The notes beneath the pieces were generated by a model. The model was not told the DNA's origin and made no database searches. It saw nothing but the letters and a program-made list of their open reading frames with translations. A DNA stretch of 32,000 nucleotides, taken from positions 3,510,001 to 3,542,000 of the forward strand of contig NZ_LN831024.1 in NCBI RefSeq assembly GCF_001457615.1, written 5' to 3'. A program made the translations under genes and the position numbers. Position 1 is the stretch's first letter; every line of letters starts with the position of its first letter. Origin of the DNA: Pseudomonas aeruginosa (GTDB taxonomy: Bacteria; Pseudomonadota; Gammaproteobacteria; Pseudomonadales; Pseudomonadaceae). Shown in pieces: positions 1 through 7,749 of the stretch.

Positions 1-351
1 TACTGGGGCTACGCCCGCGACGAACACCTCGACAACGAGGCCTTGATCAAGGAGCAATACGTCGGCATCCGCCCGGCACCGGGCTACCCGGCCTGCCCCG
101 ACCATACCGAGAAAGGCACTCTGTTCGAACTGCTCGATCCGCAGGGCCTGTCCGGCGTCAGCCTGACCGAGCACTACGCGATGTTCCCGGCCGCGGCGGT
201 CAGCGGTTGGTATTTCGCCCACCCGCAGGCGCAGTACTTCGCGGTCGGCAAGATCGACAAGGACCAGGTGGAACGCTACAGCCAGCGCAAGGGCCAGGAA
301 GCCAGCGTCAGCGAGCGCTGGCTGGCGCCGAACCTTGGCTACGATGACTGA
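1..351 (+). CDS. metH: Cobalamin-dependent methionine synthase, C-terminal fragment (gene starts before the window)
   Basis: Frame is open from base 1 to the stop at 349-351; the C-terminus ...[31 protein letters not shown]...[10 protein letters not shown] matches the MetH activation-domain end. Confidence 0.95.
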
Positions 352-365
352 CCAGGAAGGCGACG

Positions 366-728
366 ATGAAATTCCTCACTCCCGAGCAGATGGAAAAGCC
401 GCGCAAGCGCCGCCTGCGCAAGAAACTGCGCCTGGGCGAGTTCCAGGAGTTCGGCTTCAGCTTCGAACTGACCTACGACCGCAACGCCCTCTCCCACGAC
501 GATGCGCTGGACCATCTGATCGACTTCGTCGAGGCCCAGGGCTGGGTGTTCGGCGGTGGCGGCTCGCCGGAACAGGCGGAGATCAGCGGCTACCTGTGCC
601 TGGCGCGGGTCGGCAGCCTGGACGAGGCGGACCGGGAAAGCGCCCGCCTGTGGCTGGAAGCCCAACCCTGGTGCAAGACCTTCGAGGTCGGCCCGTTGAG
701 CGACTGCTGGCACAACTTCTTCGAGTGA
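366..728 (+). CDS. yggL: YggL-family (DUF469) protein
   Basis: 120 aa; RRLRKKLRLGEFQEFGFSF and an acidic C-terminus resemble the E. coli YggL pattern RRLRKKMHIDEFQELGFSV. Confidence 0.8.
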   Translation: MKFLTPEQMEKPRKRRLRKKLRLGEFQEFGFSFELTYDRNALSHDDALDHLIDFVEAQGWVFGGGGSPEQAEISGYLCLARVGSLDEADRESARLWLEAQPWCKTFEVGPLSDCWHNFFE

Positions 729-779
729 AACCGGCGCCGGCACGACCTGGCCTGGCGCCGGCAGGCGCGAAGCTGCGAC

Positions 780-1277
780 CTACACCCGGATCAGGCGCGG
801 TTCATGCCCCGTGTGGGCGAGGAAAGCCAGCAGGTCTGCGTAGCGGATGCACTCGGTGGCGGTATTCACCAACGGGTGGAAACCGAGCAACTGGTCCTGG
901 CGGATGGCATCGTCGAGCAACACCTCGACCCTGTGCTGCGGATCGTTGACCAGCGCGAAAGGCGTCACGCAGCCCAGTTCGACGCCGAGGTATTCGCGCA
1001 GGCGCTCGACCGAGGCGAACGACAGGCGGCTTTCGCCGATCTGTTCGGCGATGCCCGGCAGGTCGGCCTCCTTGCGCTCGTCGAGCAGCACCAGGTAGTG
1101 GCGAGTACCCTTGCGGTTGCGCAGGAACAGGTTCTTGATGCCCTGGTCGGGCAATTCGATGCCCTGCGCGTAATATTCCTCGATGGAGGCGATCGCGGGA
1201 TGCTCGACCCGCTGGCTGTCGATGGCCAGCTCGCGGAGCAACGCCAGAAGCGCCTGCTCGTCCATTTTCGCACTCAT
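780..1277 (-). CDS. YbaK/aminoacyl-tRNA deacylase (prolyl-tRNA editing domain) family protein
   Basis: 165 aa; KNLFLRNRKGTRHYLVLLDERKEADL...LGVELGCVTPFALVND is typical of free-standing ProX/PrdX editing proteins. Confidence 0.8.
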   Translation of the reverse strand: MSAKMDEQALLALLRELAIDSQRVEHPAIASIEEYYAQGIELPDQGIKNLFLRNRKGTRHYLVLLDERKEADLPGIAEQIGESRLSFASVERLREYLGVELGCVTPFALVNDPQHRVEVLLDDAIRQDQLLGFHPLVNTATECIRYADLLAFLAHTGHEPRLIRV

Positions 1278-1290
1278 GGGACGCGCGCCC

Positions 1291-1593
1291 TCAGGTGAAC
1301 TGCGAACCGGAACGGCGCACGAACTTGATCGACCACTTGAAGTTCGGCTTGCGCGTCACGCTGATCGGGCGCCGGGTCACGGTATCGATGGTGATGTTCC
1401 AGAACCCGGTGCTGGGCACCTTGATCTTCGCCGGGAAGCGGTCGAAGGCGCCGCCATGGTAGCTATGCCGCCCGCCATTCTTGAAACTGCGGAAATTGGC
1501 GTCGTTCATCAGGCGGATATTGCATTGCTGCGAGCACTCGATGACCACGATGTCGTCTTCGTTGAGGTGTTCGCGCTGGTGGACGAATTTCAT
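1291..1593 (-). CDS. DUF1883-domain protein, ~100 aa
   Basis: Start chosen at MKFVHQREHLNEDDIVVIECSQQCNIRLM (CAT at 1591-1593) rather than the longer track start at 1653; sequence resembles DUF1883. Confidence 0.7.
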   Translation of the reverse strand: MKFVHQREHLNEDDIVVIECSQQCNIRLMNDANFRSFKNGGRHSYHGGAFDRFPAKIKVPSTGFWNITIDTVTRRPISVTRKPNFKWSIKFVRRSGSQFT

Positions 1594-1690
1594 GGAACGG
1601 TTCCGTTGCTGCGGTGGAGCGGAGCGCAACGATAGCACGTCGGCGCCGGCCATACCGCCTCATGACGGGCAATGGTAGGATGCGCGCCCC

Positions 1691-2731
1691 ATGCGTAGCC
1701 AAGACCTCCACCAGCGCCTCGCCGATCTCGGCGCCAAGCCCCTGCATTGCGGGAGGATCGTCCGCGCCTGGCTGCAGGGCCGCGCCCTCGATGCCTGCAC
1801 CGCCCGCCAGCGGGCCGAGGACTTCCTGCCGCTGGGCGTACGCCATGGTCTGCCCCAGGTAGCAGCGGAACTGGAAGGCATCGCCCGCCTGCACAGCGAG
1901 CATCCGGCGAGCGACGGCTCGTCGCGCCTGCTGGTGGAACTGGCCGACCGTCAGATGGTGGAAAGCGTGCTGCTGCCGCGCGGTGGGCTGTGCGTCTCGA
2001 CCCAGGTCGGCTGCGCGGTCGGCTGCGTGTTCTGCATGACCGGCCGCAGCGGCCTGCTGCGCCAGGTCGGCAGCCTGGAGATGGTCGCCCAGGTGGTCCT
2101 GGCGCGCCGTCGGCGAGCGGTGAAGAAAGTGGTGTTCATGGGCATGGGCGAGCCGGCGCACAACCTCGACAACGTCCTCGAAGCCATCGACCTGCTCGGC
2201 ACCGATGGCGGCATCGGCCACAAGAACCTGGTGTTCTCCACCGTCGGCGATCCCCGCGTGTTCGAGCGCCTGCCCCGGCAACGGGTGAAGCCCGCCCTCG
2301 CCCTGTCCCTGCACAGCACCCGCGCCGAACTGCGCCGGCAACTGTTGCCCAAGGCGCCGCCGCTGAGCCCGGAAGAACTGGTGGAAGCCGGCGAGGCCTA
2401 CGCCCGCCGGGTCGACTATCCGATCCAGTACCAATGGACCCTGCTCGAAGGGATCAACGACAGCCTGGAGGAAATGGACGGCATCCTGCGCCTGCTCAAG
2501 GGCCGCTTCGCGGTGATGAACCTGATCCCCTACAACAGCATGGACGGCGACGCCTACCGGCGCCCGAGCGGGGAGCGGATCGTCGAGCTGGTGCGCTACC
2601 TGCACAGCCGCGGCGTGCTGACCAAGGTGCGCAACTCGGCCGGCCAGGACATCGACGGCGGCTGCGGGCAACTGCGCGCCAGGGCCACGCAGGGCACGGT
2701 GGAACGGCGCATCCCCGCCCGCCAGGCCTGA
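1691..2731 (+). CDS. RlmN-like radical SAM RNA methyltransferase (paralogue type)
   Basis: CVSTQVGCAVGCVFC (CX3CX2C cluster plus upstream Cys), GMGEPAHNLDNV, and ...NSAGQDIDGGCGQL with the C-terminal Cys. Confidence 0.9.
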   Translation: MRSQDLHQRLADLGAKPLHCGRIVRAWLQGRALDACTARQRAEDFLPLGVRHGLPQVAAELEGIARLHSEHPASDGSSRLLVELADRQMVESVLLPRGGLCVSTQVGCAVGCVFCMTGRSGLLRQVGSLEMVAQVVLARRRRAVKKVVFMGMGEPAHNLDNVLEAIDLLGTDGGIGHKNLVFSTVGDPRVFERLPRQRVKPALALSLHSTRAELRRQLLPKAPPLSPEELVEAGEAYARRVDYPIQYQWTLLEGINDSLEEMDGILRLLKGRFAVMNLIPYNSMDGDAYRRPSGERIVELVRYLHSRGVLTKVRNSAGQDIDGGCGQLRARATQGTVERRIPARQA

Positions 2732-2774
2732 AGCCACCCTCCTCCCGCCAAGGGTCTAGACTCTCAGGGCAGGT

Positions 2775-3023
2775 ATGGAAAAGGGAGGACCACCGATGGG
2801 TATCGAGACGGAAGAACCGAACCAGAAGCCGCCGACCTTCTGGCAGATGCTGCATAGCGTGATGGCTGCCGCCTTCGGCGTACAGAGCGGGCGAAACCGC
2901 GCCCGCGACTTCACCCACGGCAAGCCCGTGCACTTCATCATGCTGGGCCTGCTCTTCACCCTGGTGTTCGTGCTGTTGCTGGCCGGGATCGTGAAACTGG
3001 TGCTGAGCCTCAGCGGCCTGTGA
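2775..3023 (+). CDS. DUF2970 single-pass membrane protein
   Basis: FWQMLHSVMAAAFGVQSGRNRARDF followed by one hydrophobic helix; the start may instead be the internal ATG at about 2796. Confidence 0.75.
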   Translation: MEKGGPPMGIETEEPNQKPPTFWQMLHSVMAAAFGVQSGRNRARDFTHGKPVHFIMLGLLFTLVFVLLLAGIVKLVLSLSGL

Positions 3024-3047
3024 CCTCTGCGCCGCCGAGGCGGGCTT

Positions 3048-3164
3048 TCACTGGTGGCTGACCCAGAACACCGCGGTAGCCACCACCAGCAGGATCAGGA
3101 CGAAGGCCGCGCGGGCGTCGACCACGCTGTCGCGGTTTTCCTGGGTTTTGCTCGGCTCGCTCAT
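3048..3164 (-). CDS. Putative 38-aa single-helix membrane peptide
   Basis: MSEPSKTQENRDSVVDARAAFVLILLVVATAVFWVSHQ; the minus strand has a GGGGGAG Shine-Dalgarno-like sequence just upstream of the ATG at 3164. Confidence 0.55.
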   Translation of the reverse strand: MSEPSKTQENRDSVVDARAAFVLILLVVATAVFWVSHQ

Positions 3165-3354
3165 GACTCCCCCTGTTTCTTGTGGGTATCGGGACGAAGA
3201 CATCGAAAGGCACTCTCCAGTTAAGACCATTGCCGCCCATCGCTCAAGAAAGGCGCCGTTGCGAAGCGGTTATGCTTGCCTGGCGACTTAGTCTTTTTGG
3301 TTCTTACCATATACTCAAACATCACTTTTACGCATAAATATGAACTGGTATCGT

Positions 3355-3376
3355 GCGCCCACTCCGCGTGGAGCGC
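3355..3376 (+). promoter_or_regulatory. Hairpin in the cysI upstream region
   Basis: GCGCCCACTCCGCGTGGAGCGC can fold as GCGC+CCAC / GTGG+(A bulge)+GCGC with a 5-nt loop; function unknown. Confidence 0.3.
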
Positions 3377-3433
3377 GTAGCCGTGCGCGCTGGTTAACGC
3401 AGTAAGCCGCATAGCCTGACAGCAGGAATATTC

Positions 3434-5092
3434 ATGTACGTATACGACGAGTACGACCAACGGATCGTCGAGGACCGCGTCAAGCAGTTCCGCGACCAGA
3501 CCCGCCGTTACCTGGCGGGTGAATTGACCGGTGAGGAGTTCCGCCCGCTGCGCCTGCAGAACGGTCTCTATATCCAGCGCTATGCCCCGATGCTGCGCAT
3601 CGCCGTTCCCTATGGCCTGCTCTCCTCGCGCCAACTGCGCAAGCTGGCGCAGATCGCCCGCGACTACGACAAGGGCTACGCCCACATCAGCACCCGGCAG
3701 AACGTGCAGTTCAACTGGCCGGAGCTGGAAGACGTGCCGGAAATCCTCGCCGAGCTGGCCACCGTGCAGATGCACGCGATTCAGACCAGCGGCAACTGCA
3801 TCCGCAACACCACCACCGACCAGTTCGCCGGCGTCGCCCGCGACGAGCTGGTGGACCCGCGCCCCTGGTGCGAGATCATCCGCCAATGGTCGACCTTCCA
3901 CCCCGAGTTCGCCCACCTGCCGCGCAAGTTCAAGATCGCGGTGAACGGCGCGGTGAGCGACCGTGCCGCCATCGAAGTGCACGACATCGGCCTGGAGGCG
4001 GTGAAGAACGAGGCCGGCGAGCTCGGCTTCCGCGTCTCGGTCGGCGGCGGCCTGGGCCGAACCCCCATCGTCGGCAGCTTCATCAATGAATTCCTGCCCT
4101 GGCAGCACCTGCTCGGCTACCTGGATGCCATCCTGCGCGTCTACAACCGCTATGGCCGGCGCGACAACAAGTACAAGGCGCGGATCAAGATCCTGGTCAA
4201 GGCGCTGACCCCGGAAGTCTTCGCCGAGCGCGTCGAGGCCGAATGGGCCAACCTCAAGGACGGACCGAGCACCCTCACCGAGGCGGAAGTCCAGCGCGTC
4301 GCCGCGCATTTCGTCGATCCGGCCTACAAGGCCCTCGACGACCTCGACGAGTCCCTCGCCCGGCTCGACGCGGAGCACCCCGGCTTCGCCCGCTGGCGCG
4401 CACGCAACACCTTCGCCCACAAGAAGCCCGGCTACGTCGCCGTGACGCTCTCGCTGAAGCCCACCGGCACCGCGCCGGGAGACGTCACCGACAAACAGCT
4501 GGAGGCCATCGCCGATCTCGCCGACCGCTACAGCTTCGGCGAGGTGCGCAACAGCCATAACCAGAACATCATTCTCGCCGACGTCGAGCAGGGCGAACTC
4601 TTCGCCCTCTGGGGCGAACTGCGCGAACTGGGCTTCGCCACCCCCAACGTCGGCCTGCTGACCGACATCATCTGCTGCCCCGGCGGCGACTTCTGCTCCC
4701 TGGCCAACGCCAAGTCGATCCCGATCGCCGAAGCCATCCAGCGCCGCTTCGACAATCTCGACTATCTATTCGACATCGGCGACATCGACCTGAACATCTC
4801 CGGTTGCATGAACGCCTGCGGCCATCACCATGTCGGCCACATCGGCATCCTCGGGGTCGACAAGAAAGGCGCGGAGTTCTACCAGGTCTCCCTCGGCGGC
4901 AGCTCGGCGCGCGACGCCAGCCTCGGGCAGATCCTCGGCCCGTCCTTCGCCCAGGAGCAGATGGCCGACGTGATCGACAAGATCATCCAGGTCTACGTGG
5001 AACGCCGGACCGAGGAAGAACCCTTCATCGACACCTTCCGCCGTATCGGTATCGACCCGTTCAAGGAGCGCGTATATGCAGCGAATCATTAA
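3434..5092 (+). CDS. cysI: Nitrite/sulfite reductase hemoprotein (siroheme/4Fe-4S), CysI
   Basis: 552 aa; siroheme/4Fe-4S cysteine pattern CPGGDFC...CMNAC, and HISTRQNVQFNW / SHNQNIILADVE. Confidence 0.93.
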   Translation: MYVYDEYDQRIVEDRVKQFRDQTRRYLAGELTGEEFRPLRLQNGLYIQRYAPMLRIAVPYGLLSSRQLRKLAQIARDYDKGYAHISTRQNVQFNWPELEDVPEILAELATVQMHAIQTSGNCIRNTTTDQFAGVARDELVDPRPWCEIIRQWSTFHPEFAHLPRKFKIAVNGAVSDRAAIEVHDIGLEAVKNEAGELGFRVSVGGGLGRTPIVGSFINEFLPWQHLLGYLDAILRVYNRYGRRDNKYKARIKILVKALTPEVFAERVEAEWANLKDGPSTLTEAEVQRVAAHFVDPAYKALDDLDESLARLDAEHPGFARWRARNTFAHKKPGYVAVTLSLKPTGTAPGDVTDKQLEAIADLADRYSFGEVRNSHNQNIILADVEQGELFALWGELRELGFATPNVGLLTDIICCPGGDFCSLANAKSIPIAEAIQRRFDNLDYLFDIGDIDLNISGCMNACGHHHVGHIGILGVDKKGAEFYQVSLGGSSARDASLGQILGPSFAQEQMADVIDKIIQVYVERRTEEEPFIDTFRRIGIDPFKERVYAANH

Positions 5093-5573
5093 GGACCGCC
5101 AGGTGGTCGACGACCGCTGGCACTTGCTGCCCAAGGACGCGACCCTGGAAAGCGTACCCAACAGCGACGACGTGATCATCCCGCTGGCCCTGTGGCTCGA
5201 GCACGGCCCGGCCCTGCGCGGCCGCGACGGCGGCCTGGGGGTCTGGCTGGACGCGGACGAGGAGCCGGAAAGCATCGCCGGCGACCTCGACAGGTTCCAG
5301 GTGATCGCGGTGAACTTCCCCGCCTTTACCGATGGCCGCGGCTTCAGCAGCGCGCGCTTGCTGCGCGAGCGCTACGGCTACAAGGGCGAGATCCGCGCGA
5401 TCGGCGACGTGCTGCGCGACCAGTTGTTCTTCATGCGCCGCTGCGGCTTCGACGCCTATGCCATCCGTGCCGACCGCAGCCCGGAAGACGCCCTGGCCAG
5501 CCTGGACGACTTCAGCGAGGTCTACCAGACCTCGGTGGAGCAGCCGCTACCGCTGTTCCGCCGCCGCGGCTGA
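5076..5573 (+). CDS. DUF934 protein associated with sulfite reductase
   Basis: 165 aa; overlaps the cysI 3' end; GLGVWLDADEEPESIAGDLDRFQVIAVNFPAFTDGRGFSSARLLRERYGYKGEIRAIGDVLRDQLFFMRRCGFDAY is a DUF934 signature. Confidence 0.9.
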   Translation: MQRIIKDRQVVDDRWHLLPKDATLESVPNSDDVIIPLALWLEHGPALRGRDGGLGVWLDADEEPESIAGDLDRFQVIAVNFPAFTDGRGFSSARLLRERYGYKGEIRAIGDVLRDQLFFMRRCGFDAYAIRADRSPEDALASLDDFSEVYQTSVEQPLPLFRRRG

Positions 5574-5591
5574 CCCCCGCCCTGACGGAAG

Positions 5592-5615
5592 AGCCCCGCA
5601 GCCGCGGGGCTTTTT
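5592..5615 (+). terminator. Rho-independent terminator after DUF934
   Basis: AGCCCCGC-AGCC-GCGGGGCT followed by TTTT. Confidence 0.85.
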
Positions 5616-5637
5616 CATTCCCGAGGTCACGGACGCC

Positions 5638-6219
5638 TCAGGCCGCCCGCACGCTGTCCCAGGCCACCTGCGCCAGCAGTTCGCGACAGTCGGCCAACGC
5701 CACCCGGGTTCGCCCGGCCAGCCACTGGCGGGCAAGGTCGTGGGCCGGGCCGATCACCACCGAAGCAAAGCAGTCGTCCGGCATCTCGCGGAACAGGCCC
5801 TCGGCCCGATATCCCGCCAGCGCCGCATGGATCCGTGCGAAGTGCGCCTGGTTGTCGGCCCGCAGGCGCTCGCCCAGCTCCCCCGCCTCCACCCGCCCGC
5901 GGCTGTGCAGGATGAAGCGTGCCCAGTCGGGATTCGCCACGACCCAGTCGATGTAGCTGGTGACCAGCAACCTGACCGTTTCCTCGGCGCTGCGCGCCCT
6001 GGCGAAGCCGGCTTCGAGCAACGCCGCGTACTGGCCGATCCCGGCCAGGTAGAGTTCGCCATGGATGCGTTCCTTGTTGTCGAAATGGTGGTAGAGGCTA
6101 CCGATGCTCGCTCCGGAACGGTCGCGGATCATCTCGATGGTGGTGGCGTCTACGCCATGCTCGCTGAAGCAGGCCAGGGCGGCCTGGAGAATCTCGTCTT
6201 TGCGGGAAGAACGGCCCAT
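5638..6219 (-). CDS. TetR/AcrR-family transcriptional regulator
   Basis: N-terminal HTH: DEILQAALACFSEHGVDATTIEMIRDRSGASIGSLYHHFDNKERI. Confidence 0.93.
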   Translation of the reverse strand: MGRSSRKDEILQAALACFSEHGVDATTIEMIRDRSGASIGSLYHHFDNKERIHGELYLAGIGQYAALLEAGFARARSAEETVRLLVTSYIDWVVANPDWARFILHSRGRVEAGELGERLRADNQAHFARIHAALAGYRAEGLFREMPDDCFASVVIGPAHDLARQWLAGRTRVALADCRELLAQVAWDSVRAA

Positions 6220-6253
6220 GTCGGTCCTTGTCGTTAATCGTCGAAACGCTGAC

Positions 6254-6281
6254 TAGAATATTTTTCTAGAATAAATTTCTA
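6254..6281. promoter_or_regulatory. Candidate operator: two overlapping 15-bp inverted repeats, TAGAA-N5-TTCTA
   Basis: TAGAATATTTTTCTAGAATAAATTTCTA; perfect arms at 6254-6258/6264-6268 and 6267-6271/6277-6281, in the TetR/hotdog divergent intergenic region. Confidence 0.65.
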
Positions 6282-6341
6282 ACCTTCGTATACTGCCCCG
6301 GTGCGCACACATCTTCAATCCTGAAACGCCCGGAGTTTTCC

Positions 6342-6779
6342 ATGAGTCAGATGATGCAGATGTACCAGCAGGTCGGCCCGGCCCAGTTCAGCGCCATGAT
6401 CGGCCAGTTCGCACCCTATTTCGCCAGCATCGCCCCGCAGTTCGTCGAACTGCGTCCCGGCTATGCCGAAGTCACCTTCCCCAAGCGCCGCGAGGTGCTG
6501 AACCATATCGGCACGGTGCATGCCATCGCCCTGTGCAATGCCGCCGAACTGGCCGCCGGGACCATGACCGACGCCTCGATTCCCGCCGGCCATCGCTGGA
6601 TTCCGCGCGGCATGACCGTCGAGTACCTGGCCAAGGCCACTGGCGACGTGCGCGCGGTGGCCGACGGCAGCCAGATCGACTGGCAAGCCACCGGCAACCT
6701 GGTGGTGCCGGTGGTCGCCTATGTCGACGACAAGCCGGTATTCCGCGCCGAGATCACCATGTACGTCAGCCAGGCCTGA
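6342..6779 (+). CDS. Hotdog-fold (DUF4442/thioesterase-like) protein
   Basis: 145 aa; GYAEVTFPKRREVLNHIGTVHAIALCNAAELAAG and ...VEYLAKATGDV. Confidence 0.8.
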   Translation: MSQMMQMYQQVGPAQFSAMIGQFAPYFASIAPQFVELRPGYAEVTFPKRREVLNHIGTVHAIALCNAAELAAGTMTDASIPAGHRWIPRGMTVEYLAKATGDVRAVADGSQIDWQATGNLVVPVVAYVDDKPVFRAEITMYVSQA

Positions 6780-6873
6780 CCGCCAAGGCGCCCCGGCCGT
6801 GCTTTCGGCCGGCTGGAGGCGCCCTGGCGGCCAGCTCTATTCTCGAAGCCATGAGCAGACCACGGAGACCGGC

Positions 6874-7749
6874 ATGAACCCTCCGCAACCACGCCTCATC
6901 GATAACGGCAACGGCCATCCGCTGGCCAGCCATTGGTACCGGCCTGCCGGGGAGCCGCGCGGCTATCTCCTGATCGTCCCGGCGATGGGAGTGGAACAGC
7001 GCTTCTACGCGCCCTTCGCCGCCTGGCTGGCAGAGCGCGGCTACCTGGCCATCACCTTCGACTACCTGGGCATGGGGCAATCGCGCAACGGCTCGCTGCG
7101 CGGTCTCGAGGTCGATGTGCTGGGCTGGGCCCGTCATGACTGCAGCGCCATGCTCGCCGCCGCGCTCGCCGAGAGCGGGAGCAAGCCCCTGTACTGGATC
7201 GGCCATAGCCTGGGCGGCCAGATCCTGCCCTTCGTCGAAGGGCGCGAGCGTATCGATAGGGTCTTCAGCATCGCCAGCGGCAGTGGCTACTGGAAGGAAA
7301 ACAGCCCGCGGTTGCGCAACAAGGTCTGGTTGTTCTGGTACCTCGTCGCGCCCCTGCTGACGCCGCTGCTCGGCTATTTTCCCGGGCGCCGCCTGGGCAT
7401 GGTCGGCGACCTGCCGCGCGGGGTGATCGAACAATGGCGACGCTGGTGCCTGCATCCGCAGTACGCCCTCGCGGATGGCGAGGCCATCCGCCGCGCCTTC
7501 TCCGCCGTACGCACGCCCATCGTGTCGCTGTCGTTCACCGACGATGAAATGATGTCCCGACGCAGCATCGAGTCGCTGCTGGGCTTCTACCGCGAAGCGC
7601 CGAAAACCGCCTGGCGCATCGCTCCCGAGGAAATCGGCGCCCGCCACATCGGCCATTTCGGCTTCTTCCGGCCGCAGTTCGCCGAATCGCTATGGGCGGG
7701 CTACCTGTTGCCGGAGCTGGGCTCCGGCAACGCCCTCAGCCGAGGTTGA
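6874..7749 (+). CDS. Alpha/beta hydrolase
   Basis: Start MNPPQPRLID at 6874; nucleophile elbow GHSLGG and catalytic His region HIGHFGFF. The track start at 6721 overlaps the upstream gene. Confidence 0.85.
   Translation: MNPPQPRLIDNGNGHPLASHWYRPAGEPRGYLLIVPAMGVEQRFYAPFAAWLAERGYLAITFDYLGMGQSRNGSLRGLEVDVLGWARHDCSAMLAAALAESGSKPLYWIGHSLGGQILPFVEGRERIDRVFSIASGSGYWKENSPRLRNKVWLFWYLVAPLLTPLLGYFPGRRLGMVGDLPRGVIEQWRRWCLHPQYALADGEAIRRAFSAVRTPIVSLSFTDDEMMSRRSIESLLGFYREAPKTAWRIAPEEIGARHIGHFGFFRPQFAESLWAGYLLPELGSGNALSRG

Noticed and set aside
1463-2737. 424-aa minus-strand ORF
   Set aside because: Antisense of the radical SAM gene with its intact cysteine motifs.
3031-3046. Short GC-rich inverted repeat after the DUF2970 gene (GCCGCCGAGGCGGGC)
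   Set aside because: The best pairing leaves a loop of only about 2 nt and just three Ts follow; too weak to call a terminator.
3221-4558. 445-aa minus-strand ORF
   Set aside because: Antisense of cysI; no credible domain.
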